A stretch of DNA of 64,000 nt from assembly GCA_046563655.1 (NCBI GenBank), contig CM102285.1, positions 124,001 through 188,000 on the forward strand, written 5' to 3'. The translations under genes were made by a program, and so were the position numbers. Positions 39,401 through 52,096 of the stretch are shown piece by piece. Below the pieces are notes generated by a model. The model saw nothing but the letters and a program-made list of their open reading frames with translations, did no database searches and was not told the DNA's origin. The DNA comes from Yuukianura sp. NJ FZ-2021 (Eukaryota). The stretch's first letter is position 1. Each line of letters starts with the position of its first letter.

Positions 39401-42400
39401 AAAAACACTTCATGCCCTGTTAGTGTTGGAAAAAAAGCAACTGCAAAGTTTTTGTTAAACTTTATACAATACAATTTGTACACTTTTTTGTCACTTTGCA
39501 TCATTGAGCAAAGTCTTGATGCAAGAATTTTGTTCAAAGTGATTAAAACTATGACATATCGATTAATTGATGGTGTTTTAAACACACGGAGGAAAAGAAG
39601 TATGGTTTTTAAAAGGGAATAAGACATAAAATGAAGAGAGGAACAGTTCATAGATTTAAATCCAGTAAATTTAACATTCGCACTCACTTGCACTTAATTT
39701 ATTAGCTTTAGAAACCACTACGTTCACACATTTTACTAATCCCTTCCTCAATCTTCCTACCAACCACTTTTTAGCAAAAGTACTTTTCAAAAAAGTGCTT
39801 TTCAGCAGTCCTAAGCCCAATTGAAATTCTAGAATGCTTTTTTGGAAAGTTTTGAACTCAACTTGGGAAAATAAAGTGAGAAGTTTAGCTTCATGAATTT
39901 AACTGAAAAATTTGTTAAGCTCTTCCCCAATGACAGCTTTATTTGTCCCTAATTAATCTTTTTCGTAGATTTTTTTAAAACCACATTTCTTAAAAATAGA
40001 ATTCCAATTCCCAGTGGATATGTCGCTTGGTTTGAATAAAAAAAAACCAAGTTTTATTCAAAATTCAAACCAAGGTCACTTTTTTTGAAACACAATTTTA
40101 AAAAAAACTTAAACTTTTTTTTTCTCATTTTGACAACCAGAGAGGTGTCGATTTTTTCCAAAAATGTCTCCGAAGTAGCAAGAATTGCAAAAACACAAAA
40201 GAAAAAAGCCTTTTCTAGAAAACGCCTTTTTAAAAAACACAAAACGAGAATAAAAGCAAAAGAAAATTTAAGAAAAATGCTTCTTTAAAAAAAAAAAATT
40301 TTTTTTTGTATGGAAACCTGGAATTTAAATGTCGTCTTTCAGCAAGACACTTTTTGTAATGCAAAACGACGAGGAAAGTTGCTAGAATCAAAGTTTTTGG
40401 TGAAAGTCAACGTGAAAAGTGTTAGTCTTTTCTACAAAAAAGTTCCTCCGGGGTCAAAGGTCAACTTTTTTCCTATCCCAAAAACTTTTTCATGTTCATT
40501 TACGTGTTCACAAAACTCCGCCCTTTTAACAACTTTTTCCACCGCTTTTGTTCTTGTTCTAACTTTTTAATCCGCCTAATCATAATTTAATCCCCAACTT
40601 TCTTCTGCTTTCACTAAATCCATGTAATAAATTTCAATCTTCACAGGGGTCGTTCCAGGTCATTCACAAACTTTTTCTAGCATTTGAATACCATTTTGTG
40701 AGAATTTCAAAATTTTTATAGAATTCAAAAAATTACGTTTTTATTATAAAGAAATTAAGTTTCTGTGTATTTGATTTGAGCCTTTTGAAATTCGTGAAAG
40801 ATTTTAAAATTCCAGGCACTCTTAAAAGTAAACTGCAAATGGCATTTTAAAATGGAAAGTGAAACACCTAAGAAACCTTGAACATGAAAATTTTGAATGG
40901 AGAAAGCAAATCCCATTATTTAGCAAGACTGTTTGAAAGAAAGTGGCACTTGACTAAAAGTGGGAAATTTAAATAAACGACAAGAAAAGTAAATTGGGGC
41001 AATTTGGCACTTGGAAAAGAAATCGAGAACACTTCTACTCAATTCCAAATCATCAACGTCTCTCTTCCAAACCAATAAATTAGAATCAACACAAATTGCA
41101 CAGGGTTTGCTCTCACTTCTATTTTAGGCGGGCTTTTCAAAATTTCAAAAAAGTTCATATTTTCTTAAAAAAAAATAAAAGAAACAATTTCTTCCTTGGT
41201 AATTTAACTTCTGGATAACATAATCGCCGCGACGGGTATGCAGACAGACAGACAGGCAGCAGACAAACAGACGGACAGGCAGAGAACAGACAAACGGACG
41301 GACAGACAAACAGTCAAACTAATACGTAGCTTTCGATACGAATTAAAGTATCCCTGAGCCTGACAATGCTATTGTTTTAAAATTTGAAACTATTGTTTTA
41401 AACTTGTATTTCCTGTTGGCGGTTTATTGATTTTTGGATTTTCCCACCCATTTTGAAAATACCCGGATACCCACCAACCCTGGTGAAAGTTGCTAACAAG
41501 AGAAAGCAATCACGATAATGTTAAACAATTGAACTTAACTCTTAGAAAATCTTAGAAAATTGTTCAAATTTAAATCCAATTGGAAATGGAACTCAAATCT
41601 ATTCTTGAACTTTCGTACTTTGAAACATACATGCGCAAAAAAAAAATTAATTCGAGGCCATTGACCTCGAAATCTTGTTACATCCAATCACTTTTTCTCA
41701 TTCACAAAATCAACTTTTCCTAAAGCTAATTTTGTTTTATTTTTGAGGTTTTAAAATTTTAAAACTGTTTCGACTTTTTCAACATCATTTTTTCTTTCAA
41801 AATTTCAGACCGTGGTGCTCTACTCCTCCAATTACGTTTTGGTGGCTCTGAGCATCGATCGCTATGACGCCATCACTCACCCGCTAAAATTCTCCGGAAG
41901 TTGTAAGTTGTACGCGCCAAAGGCGCGTACTTTCAATTCCCTAAAATTACTTGTTACAAGGCAGAGGGCATTAACCGCAGTTGAATAACTTTGAAAAGTA
42001 ATTGTTTAGGGTAATTGAAAGTAATTACTTGTAATTACATTGTAATTACATGCTAATTACTTCATTGCATTAAAATTCCAGGGAGAAGGGCTCGGATGCT
42101 GATTGCCGCTGCTTGGTCTCTCTCCATTCTGTTCGCAATTCCGGCTTTTCTCTTCTTCCACGTTGAAAATCTACCACATGAAGGGGCTCTCAGTGAGTGG
42201 AATTAATTAATAACTTAATTAATTATTATAATAACTAAATTAATCAACTAATTAACACCAAAACTTAATGAATTTTATAGTTCCACAGTGTTGGGCCAAC
42301 TTGGAAGCCCATGAGTGGCAGATCTACATGACGATTGTGTTTACGATTCTGTTCATGCTTCCCGCCATCATCATTGCAGCTTGCTACACAATCATGGTTC

Positions 42401-45400
42401 ACACAATATGGACTCAGTCACGCATACTCACTCCACAAGCCAAACCATCAACTTCTTCTTCAAGTAAGAAAAAGGCGCGAAATTTAAAAAAGCGCGAAAT
42501 TTAACAAAAAAAAGTGTTCGAAGTTCTTTGATCTTTTGTTGATAATCTACGGAGCCAAATATGAAATTTGAGTTTTTCCCGTTCATCGGAAGACGTTTTC
42601 CCCAATGTTTATTTCCCTTTAGGCATGTTGTTCTAAAACTTATTTATCACCTTCAAAGACTTTTAGCCATAAAATTTGAACATCCGGAACTCTCCCGCGC
42701 GATCTTTCCAAATCGATGCCCATCTCTGATGGAGCCACTTCGATGCCCATGTCTGTTTTTGCCCATGTCTGACTCGCATATGCCCATACATAAGTCTTCA
42801 GTTTATGCATCCCAAGTGACTTTTTACTGAGAAAAGGAAAAACAAGTCTCTAGAGAATTTTTAGAAAAAATTCAAACAGAAAAAGTTAAAAAATTCAAAA
42901 TTCGACAGAGATGGGCGTCCAATTTTAGAAAAAAGTTTCAGTTTGAAAAATTGAAGTGCGGCATGAAGGCTTTTGGTTTCTTAGTTTTTCTTACACAACA
43001 AAGTGCTATATGGCTGAGTTTCAAAAATTGAGTGGGCGGGAATTTCAAAAATTTCAAAATTTCAAAAAAATTTGAAACGGAATTTGGGTGTAGCTGAAAG
43101 ATGAAAGTCGTGAAATTCTAAGGTTGGCTCTAAAACAATGCACTTTGAGAATGAAAAAAAATAAAAAAATGGGAGTAACAGAGTTGAGTCGCTGGAATTT
43201 AAATCATATAAACACAAATTACATCAACAGTAAATAACTCAACAGAAACAGCAAACAGTTGAAGTACAAAGTGTTGTATACCTATATTAAGTGTGAGTAA
43301 CAAGAAAGTTACAATTTATGTAAGAAGCTGTTGAACTAATTTTTCTGCTGAAATATTTAGTGCATATCTCTTTCGTGTTGACATAATAAGTTTACATTGT
43401 GCAGGGAGCATATGGCCAGGGGAAATTGAAGTATCGGGGCAAGTTGAGATTTTGAATTTTGTTTTCGTTGCTTTTGGTTTGAAGTTGAGTTAAAACCTTC
43501 TCAGGAAGTGTTTAAGCGTTTGTTTACGTTGAAAAGGAAGTGGGGAAAATTGATGGAAGGAAGTTTCTGTCTTGGCGGGAAAATCGGGCTTTTCAAGTTC
43601 AAATTCAAATTAGGTTTGAAAGGCGGCTTAATTGAGATGGGTTTGGGCAGGAAGGGAAGCGGGGAGATTTGAATTGAATTTCAATCTGTTTCCTTTCCTA
43701 ATCTCACATTTTCGTCAAGTGACGACGGCATTTTAAATTCAAAGCCTTCTTGGTTCTCAAAAGCGCGGGAGAGTTTTCCATGTGGCGGCAGATTTGAAAA
43801 TTGACGACGAGATTTGAAAATCCTTTGAAAAGTTCTCGGAAAATGCTTTTCCGGAAAATGTTGAAAAGATGCAAGTCTGAACAAGGTCGTGCTAATACAT
43901 AATATGCTTTTAGTAGTTACGCAAGAGGGAAATGGACATATTAGATTCGAAGTAAACGTGTCTTTTCAGGCGGCAAAATTCAAATTCAAACAAAACTTAA
44001 AATTACTACAAAGGTTATTCACCTCTTACAAGAATCGCTAGATTTGAGTTGTGATAATTTTAAATTTCTCACTTTGCCCCAAAGTGAGACTTATTCCCAC
44101 TGTGGCGCGAAATCAAATTTTGAGTTCCCAGTTTGGATCATTTAAAAAAAAATTCATAATTTTCGTTTCCTACAAGAGTTACCATTTGGACAAAAAATTT
44201 CCCGCGGTTTTGGCTCGTCGATGAAAAAGTGCTAGAATTCTTCAACATTCTGGAAAAACTCGAGTTTTACTGAACAAATTTGAGTTTATGCAGCTAAATC
44301 TTGAACCCGAAGCATATTGTGGCTCTTTTTAAGTAAAAATCTTTCAAAATTTTGATTTTTTTTGAAACTTTAGATGGATTTTTGCGGAGGTCAACTTGCA
44401 GGTCAAAGACGGAGGTTTTAGTTCCTTCTGAAGACGACTCTCGACGAGCCTCTTCGCGTGGACTCATTCCAAAGGCTAAAATTAAATCAGTCAAAATGAC
44501 ATTTGTCATTGTCTTTGGTAAGTTTCGCATTCCACGCACCTTTCAAAAAACTCTTTTCAAAAACGTGTTTTTTGAAAAACAAAACAGAAGCTTAGGTATT
44601 TAGAGTTTTACGCCTGCTCTGAGGTCGACATCAAGGTTCCTATACAAAGAAAAGTTATTTTTCTCTAACAGGTTGGGTACTACCACGCTTGTTGACAAAA
44701 AAAATTGTAACTAATTTTTTGTACCAATGAAAAATTGCTACCAATTCGTATGTAAAATTTAAAAAATTCGGCTGTATTGGAATGACTACGATGCCCTGAA
44801 ATGAAAAAAAAAAACACTTTTTTGCAAAATCAAAAAAAAACGTGAGGCATCACCCAACCTGTTAAAGAAAATCTAAGTCACCAAACCTTGGTGGACATGG
44901 TCTGAATAGTGGCACAAAGACTACAAGTGACAGATGACCTGCCTCATTCATCTTGTCTCCCTCTAATTCCTCTGCCCTTTGTTTCCTAAATCAAATCCTG
45001 TCATTGTCGGGGGCTCCCAGTTCGAATCCTCCCAGCTTCTTTTCTCTCCAAAAACTACTCATTTCTTTGTCCAGAGTTGGGCAAAAGCTTCATTAATTTG
45101 AAATTGCCTCCATTTCCCGGTAACTGGAGTGATACAATGAATTAGTGACAGTACAGTAGTTGTTCCCAAATGAGAAATACACACAGTAGGACAAAATAAC
45201 AAAAGTGCTGCCGCTTATGAATGCTCTAGTGACTCAGCAACTCTCTTTTCCGAGACAACTTTCAAAATTACGCAGAAAAAGCGCGGGAAAATTCGAAGAA
45301 AAAAGCGCGGGAGAATTTTTGCTCAAAAAGCGCTAAAAATTTTCTTGGTCAAAATGCAGGGGAAGGTTTGTAAAAGCTCGGGAAAAGAAACAAGGATTTC

Positions 45401-48400
45401 AGTTTAAAAAACATCAAAATCAGCAAGTTTTTCGCAAATCAGAGAGTTCAAGAAGAAAAATCAGCAGTTGACGCGTTTTTAGGTGTTCTGCGGATGAAAA
45501 TTTTTCGAAATTTTGAAGTTTTTAACTTTTTTTCAGTTTTCATTTTGTGTTCGAGTCCCTACTTTGTGTTTTCGCTGCTGCAAGCGTTCAGCGTAATTCC
45601 GATGACGCAATCCTTCATTGCCATCGCTACTTTCTTCCAGAGCTTGTCTCCCCTCAACTCTGCTGCAAATCCAATCATCTACTGTCTCTTCTCAACACAC
45701 ATCTGCAGAAACCTAAGGTAAACTTCAAAATTTTGAAAAAATACAATTTCAATTTTCAAATTTCATATTTTGATAAATTGAGTTTGAAGTGTGAGGAAAT
45801 CAAATTAAAAAACAACAACATGAAAAACTACCAAGCATGTGTTTTTTCTAAAAGAACAAAAAATGTTCTAAAGAAGAGCAGAGAATGAGGAGCGTTTTAA
45901 AATTCATAAAATACGCGCTAAAAAGTTAAAGACTGCCGTTAAAATTGAATTTCCAAAATTTCTCTCTTCCTGCAAAGTGAAAGTGCTCAACTTAAAACTC
46001 AATTTGAACTTGATTAGTCAAAGTCTGTCGCCCCAAATTGAATTTGAAGCATAGGAAAGTTCCATCAACGGAAACCAAAGTACGTAAACTAGGCTCTTTC
46101 AAAATTTAGGTCACACTGAAAAAATGAGAAAAAAACTAAACAAAATTTTAGTTTGATTTTTATTTTTTAGTCTTTTTCAAAATAACAACATCCTTTTTGT
46201 GTCAGTTTTTAAGCTGTTTAATTTTTTTGTTTCAGTTTGAAGCAAAAGATTTTTTCTGTTCCTTTTTTTCTGCTTTTTTTTTTAACTTGCGATTTTTGCG
46301 ATTTCTGCTGCTTCTGATTTTTGTGACTTCCGATTTCTTCTACTTGCGATTTTTGTGACTTTCGATTTATGCTGCTTGCGATTTTTGGTACGCAGTTTAG
46401 ATGGGATCGAGTGCGTGAGACTCAAAACTCTTTTGCACCGCTCCAATTTCTGCGTCCGGTTCGAATGGACACATGCACCCCACTGGGTATGTCATGCTGA
46501 CAGGCAGACGCTTCGAGTAACAGTCTAACCCTGTCGGAGGATTGCCTGGACCACAGTCTAGCCCAACCTTGGTCGCCTTCTTCTGCGCCTGCGTCAGAGT
46601 ATTCGGAAAGTTCACTTGGAACTTGATGATCAAGTCTCCACGCTTGTCTAAAAGCCACAAAATGTGAAAATTTAAAGTTGACCTTTGACCTTTGGAGGTC
46701 ATTGACCTTGAGTGACCTACTTGGTTCTCCGTAGATCGGAAATCCTTCTCCAGGAATCACTTTTTCGTAGCCAGGTCGAATGATGTGAACGACGGCGACA
46801 TTGAATTGTCGCTGGTCAAGTGAGGTCACGTGAATCACATGACCCGTCAAAGCCCCGCACAAATGTACCTCGTGTTCCAAAATTAAGTTGTTTTCTTGGC
46901 GCTGAAAAATCGGATGCTTCCGCTCACGCGTAATGAAAACAATGTCGGCTAAAACCAAAGCAAAAATTCAATTTTTTTGAAAGCATGCAACTTTTTGTTA
47001 AAAACATGAAACTTTTCTTGAAAACATGATGAAACATAAAACTTCTTGTCGAAAACATGAAGCTTTTGTTAAAAACGTGATGAAACATGAAACTTTTTGT
47101 TGAAAACTTGAAAATCTTACGCGCTTGGACATCCAGAGACTCATCGCCCTCATTCGGAAATGAGAATTTGGCACCATTCGGAGTTCCCGGTTTCACAGGA
47201 ATAGTGAGCACCTTTTCCTGGAATTCCGTCTTTTTTCCTTCCCCGGTCAAAACTTTTTTGCAAATCATGACTTTTTTGACACATCCTGTGTAGAATTCCT
47301 CAAGGTCAAGCCAGAGGTCACGGTAGATCGGGGGTTCTTTGACCTTTGACCCGTCAACATTGTTTCCCGCAAAGTAGTCCACTGGCACGCATGCGTCTGC
47401 CAGTAAATCAATGAAGGGATTGTCCGTTCCAAAGAAGTCTCGGAAAGTTTTGTGAGGATCTCCATGATAGGCATAAGGAGGAATGAATCCATCGGGCCCT
47501 TGAAGTCCCTCTTTAAGTCCCCTCTCTCCGTACAGGTCAAAGATGGCGCGTCGCATGGGGTCACCAAGGACGTCGTAAGCTTCTCCAACAATGTGGAACA
47601 TTTGAAACGAGTCCATTTGACGTCGTTGGTCACGCAAAATTTGTTCGCGCGCTCGGAGCGAAGGAGTCACAGGCCGCTCAACTCTGACGCGCGTTGGGTG
47701 GTGCAGCAGAGCCATCTTCTTGTAGCTGAAACAACAAAAATCTCATTTAGAAATCACAAATTATACTAAAAACTCTTTCGCGCTTTTGGTGCGTAATTCA
47801 GTTCCTGAGCACTGAGACTTACGCCTGCTTGACTTCGGCCTCTGTGGCCCCGCGTTCCAAGAAAAGTGGTTTGTAGTAGTCCAGTCCCATTGTCGATTTT
47901 CTGAAATTCGCGAGTTTTGAAAGATTTTTTTGCACGATTTGCGATTTTTGACAATCCAGAAAGCAAAACTATGAGAGCGAAAAGAAAGATGCTGTTGGGT
48001 CTGGTGACGGAGGAAGTAGAAAAGATGATTTTTTTTTGAGGTTTTTGATTGTTGGTGATTTTGTTGTTGAGGAAATCGTTGTCATGGAAACTTTTTTTCA
48101 TTTTTTTCAGAAAAATCAAGTTGATCAACTGGCTTTCTCTGAAATTCTGTCCGCGCCTGGGCAAAGCGAGTCCTGGTGCAGGAAATCGACGGAACAAGTT
48201 TGGACCTGCACATCACCATGGCGACACTTCAGCCAAAGGACGGTCGGAATTTACGACATCCATGACAGACTCACTCATGCGCTCTGGAAAGTCTACCCAC
48301 TCCACACGCTTCTCGACGACTATTGGAGGACCCAGGAGACAAATTGACTCTACTTGCTTCATAAACAACAAAGGTAAACCGCCAAGATTTCAAAAAAAAA

Positions 48401-49349
48401 AAACTTTTACTATTTTGAAAAAAAAACATCAAAGCGTTAAAGCTGTAACGCAAGATGTTAGGCCTAACCGATATAAATTGGAACAACTTGGTTTTGTTGT
48501 GTTTTGGAAATGGTGAAAGCAAAATTTGTTTGAAAAAGAATTTTTTTTTTGGGAAAACTAAGCTGCTTGTTGACAATTTCTTAAACACTGGCAGAATTTT
48601 TTTAAAAATCTGCAAAACTAGAGCATGTCACATTTGGCACAAAAATTCAAAACATTATTTCAAAAATATTTGCTGTTTTCAAAACAAATTCGTTCCGTGT
48701 TTTCATTTGCGTTTGAAAACCAAAGATTAATCGTGTTAACATAACCTAATTGATCCGGGTGGCTGAAAATTTTAAATTTTCAGTATGAAAAATTGTGTTT
48801 TGAAAGATTTCAAAAATTTAGAACAAAGTTTGTTTTAAATTTCCACAGAAGTACATTTCAAGACGAGTTTGGGTGGGGAGAGCGTGGGTGCGGGTGGTTC
48901 TCATTTGTCGAATGGCCACAATGGACGTGTCTCTTGACATTTGACCTCCCGCATGAGTCTGACGGAAGTTCTGGAGGTGCCAAGTGGAACAAACTTTCCA
49001 GTTGTCAAGGTAACGCCAAATCATTTTAATTAGAGTCACAACTTTAGCCAAATCTTCATTCAAATCCTCCCACGCTTTCCATTTCTTCCAAAAAGACGCC
49101 AATTTTGAAATTTTAAGAGAAAATATCACTTTCTCTCAAAGAAACAGAAAAGAAAGAGAGAAAGGATTTCTTTTTCACTTGGTTTAATTTCTCATTAAAT
49201 CTAAACACTCAACACTTAGTCTATCTGCTACTCAGTAGACACTGAAACAGAGTTGTGCTGCGTTTTAATCACTGTTTTAATCGATTAATACCATTTTAAG
49301 TAAATGATTAAAACCAAAATTGTTTTTTTTTTCAGATGGGAAAGTGTGA
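21413..49349 (+). CDS. CCAP-R: Crustacean cardioactive peptide receptor-like class A GPCR (~465 aa). Exons 21413-21577, 34760-34898, 38478-38581, 41809-41902, 42082-42192, 42281-42463, 44374-44517, 45537-45717, 48111-48373, 49336-49349
   Basis: [97 protein letters not shown]; ten exons total 1398 nt in phase. The last two exons are less certain. Confidence 0.92.
24515..24748. repeat. Modular repeat (TCGAACCAATT..GTTGA units), likely a non-autonomous element remnant
   Basis: About 7 degenerate ~25-30 bp units. Confidence 0.55.
26218..26425. mobile_element. MITE family A copy, TSD ATAAATAT/ATAAATCT
   Basis: Same termini and sub-terminal GGTTGTCTAATAACTCG / CGAGTTATTGGACAACC; TSD matches 7/8. 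Confidence 0.85.
27471..27567. repeat. 21-bp tandem repeat (CATAACCTAACATTTTTAGAA-like, ~5 copies)
   Basis: Direct reading; contains the CCTAA core. Confidence 0.85.
29829..29896 (-). mobile_element. tRNA-derived SINE head or tRNA pseudogene
   Basis: The minus strand reads GGGGCCTGATGGCTCACTGGTTAGAGTGC...GGGTTCGAATCCTAC: Pol III A and B boxes are present, but there is no paired acceptor stem or proper anticodon arm. Confidence 0.7.
30740..31192. repeat. ~45-bp satellite (CGCTATTGTTTTAGGAAAACTAAAAGCTGTGGGGTG) with an internal inversion and a ~90-bp exact duplication
   Basis: Forward units, two reverse units (~30875-30962), then forward units again. Confidence 0.9.
35815..36165. repeat. Degenerate ~35-45 bp minisatellite with TGCAATGTTGCCATTTT core
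   Basis: About 10 recurrences of the core. Confidence 0.85.
41240..41315. repeat. (CAGA/CGGA)n microsatellite, DINE-1/Helentron-like remnant
   Basis: CAGACAGACGGAC tract; similar tracts at 29688-29725 and 29970-29985. The element class is inferred. Confidence 0.5.
44632..44890. mobile_element. MITE family A (diverged) copy, TSD GTCGACAT/GTGGACAT
   Basis: CAAGGTTCC..AACAGGTTGGGT / ACCCAACCTGTT..AACCTTG; TSD matches 7/8. Confidence 0.8.
46397..47890 (-). CDS. DNAJB13: DnaJ subfamily B member 13-like (radial spoke RSP16 type), ~383 aa, nested in GPCR intron 8. Exons 47890-47823, 47725-47121, 46948-46721, 46647-46397
   Basis: [80 protein letters not shown] is replaced by HPT. Confidence 0.88.
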
Positions 49350-50494
49350 CTCCAAAACTCAACCGAAAGCTACACATCCTCTGGAAATGAATTCAGGAAC
49401 AGCTTTGCCATGCCCGTGCTAGTGAATCTTGCTTTTCAGCCATCATTTGCGCATGTGCACTCATCATTTTTAAATCCTACGCCTCATTACTACGCAAACG
49501 AGGAAAAAAACAACTCCAAAAGTGGCCAACATTCCCTCATCAGTGTTTGTAAAAAAAAACGCCGACATTTCATTCAAAAGTTACTATGCGAGGTTACCAA
49601 AATTTAAAAATTGTAAACTAAAATAGTTATGCGGTTTATAAATATATTCGGTGGTCGTGAAATGATAGATGGTCGGAAAGTGGTAGGTGGCCGTCAGGTG
49701 ACCGTGAGATGGTCGGTGGTAGTAAAAATGAGAGGTGGTCGGTGGTCGTGATTAGTAGATTATAATTTGATCTCACGCAGTATACGTTTAATACTTAACG
49801 TGAATGTTTAAAGCCGTAGCTGTTATAAAGTGTATTTTAATCAATATGAGCGTGGTGGACGCATGTATGTTTCCCGGCGCAAGTTTTAGAGTTAAAATGA
49901 AAACCAAAATATTCAAGTTCCTTGTAATGATTTAAATCGTGCAAAAACGCATAAAAATTAAGCTATTTTCTGTTAGTCAAATCAAAGCTTTTAGCATAAT
50001 TTTGAAAAGTAAACTCACAACGGAGATCTCCGAAGGCCTCTGTTAGGTCAACTTATGTTTGTTTAAATCTTGATTATTATAAAAAGTGAATTTAATAGTC
50101 AAAGTATATTCAAACTGTCAAAGTATATTTAAGTACTACTCATATTAAATTTAAAAATGAAGCTTATTTTTAAGTGTGACACTTTTGGTGCTTGCATAAA
50201 TTTAAATTCTACATCGGCTTTAAAAATATTTGCATAGTTTAGTTCATATTTTAATATAAACTACATAATTTTAAAAAACATACTTTGTCAATGCATGTCC
50301 CGAGAACTGAAGTTGTGCTAAAAATAAATTTTGAAAGAAAATTTTAGAAAGTACTTTACCCGACAGAAATTTTAACACCAACATTGAAAAGTCGTCAAAA
50401 AATTTTAAACAATTTTTGAGCAGCAAAATTTTCAATTCCAATTTTTTAGCAGTAAGATTTTGAAGTCCGATTTTTTAGAAACTTTCTCGCGCTT

Positions 50495-52096
50495 TTAGTG
50501 CATCATTTTCTTGAGCATTTTCTTGCGTTTGGATCTTTTGAGTGTAGCAACAAAAACGTCATCGTCATTGTTGTCCAAATGTTCGTCATCAGCATCCAGA
50601 ATTCCGTACTGCTGAAGAGCCGTCATGTCGCCCACTCCTGCGTCGTAATTTTGAATAGTCTTCACTGCCACTTCAACTAGTGCGTTGTGGTGAACTTTGA
50701 CCTCTACAAGTTTCCTTTCAGCCTCAATAATCGCTTCGATCGCTGCTTGGAAGAAGATGAAACTCTCATATTCAGAGGCTCCAAGTGAAGTGACATAGGA
50801 GTACACAAATTCCTCTCCCTGCTCACTCGGTGGCCGAGATTCACACAAACCGAACTCTCCCACAACTTTTTGACGTGCGTCACGGTGTCTTGATAACATT
50901 GGAATCTGCACATGCGCAATAATCCTCAAACCGTTGCCCATCCGCTGAGGATCCACCGTGTAAAATCCAATTCTACGATCATGAGCACACTCCAGCAGAG
51001 AATCCAGCTTGGTCATTGCTAAAAATGAAAAGTGAAATAGTTTTTCTTAAAAATTTCAAAAATTTCAAAATTTCGAAAGTTAACCATCGTAAAGTTGGAC
51101 ATAAGCAGCATGGAGGTTGCCATTGGGGTGTCGAATTATGACGCGAAGATGATCTTCTTGGTTGATCCAGATGACGAAAGTCTTTTGTTGGTTGTGGACC
51201 ACACATCGTCCAGTGGGCCAATGACGAAGGAAGTGCGCATGCTCATCAAACTGGTAAATGACAGGATAGTATGACCAGGCAGCTTGTTCTGGCGGAAGTG
51301 GCTCCCTCAGAGGCGGTTCTGTTTGAACTTCATATGTCAACTTATGGTTCATGTCCAGTTGAGCAATTGCCGCCTAAAAAGTTAAATTCAAAAGTTAAAA
51401 GTTAAAAGTCAAGTTTAAAAAGTTAAAAGTTTATTGACCTTGACTTTTGTTTCGACTGTAGTGAGATCCTGTGTGGTCATGCCTGGTAGAAAAGTGATTC
51501 CTTTGATGTTTCTGGAGCACTCGACTCTGAGGTGTTTGATGTAGGCATGCGTGGGGTCAAGGTGGTTGATCTGTGCAAAACTGCCGTAAAAAGTCGGCAT
51601 GTGACGACTCCTCCGTCGGAATCCGTGAAGGTGGTAAAACAAACTGTCAAAAAACGGCCTGAAGGCTCGAAAAGCGTCTGGATCAGGAGCAACAGCAACT
51701 GAAACAAAGAAAAGATTTGAATTTTCCCGCCAAAAGAGGTCAAAGGTCACGCACATCGTCCGTCATCGGGAGAAGTCATGGCAGCCTGGATGACTTCGCG
51801 AAACGAAGAGCCGAACTTGGTGTAGACGAATTCTACTTCAGCAAATCTGAACGGATTGAGCGCCGCTTTCAAAATCATGTAGTAGTCCGTCTTCTCGTGA
51901 ATTATTATCTAAAAAATTAAAATTTCAAGATCAAAAGTCAAAATTTGTAGGTCAAAGTTCAAAATTTCAAGGTCAAAGGTCAGACCTGGTACATGGCACA
52001 AATTTCGTCATGAACGTCCCAAATGTCCCGCTCTTCTCCGTTTGGAAGCGTCACCATTTTGTGATTTTTTACGTATGGCCAGCATTTCCAAAACAT
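50495..52096 (-). CDS. Divergent arginine kinase-like (ATP:guanido phosphotransferase fold) protein, ~445 aa. Exons 52096-51986, 51908-51755, 51698-51439, 51373-51085, 51018-50495
   Basis: TKFGSSFREVIQ, APDPDAFRAFRPFFD, LDPTHAYI, HWPTGRCVVHNQQKTFVIWINQEDHLRVI and HDRRIGFYT align with arginine kinase; in phase. Confidence 0.88.

Noticed and set aside
45010-45036. Isolated GTTCGAATCC B-box
   Set aside because: No properly spaced A-box or cloverleaf.
16700-46300. Many F/K/L/N-rich ORFs of 60-130 aa in the ORF track
   Set aside because: Their composition reflects poly-A/T intron sequence; no domains or splice-consistent models beyond the GPCR exons.
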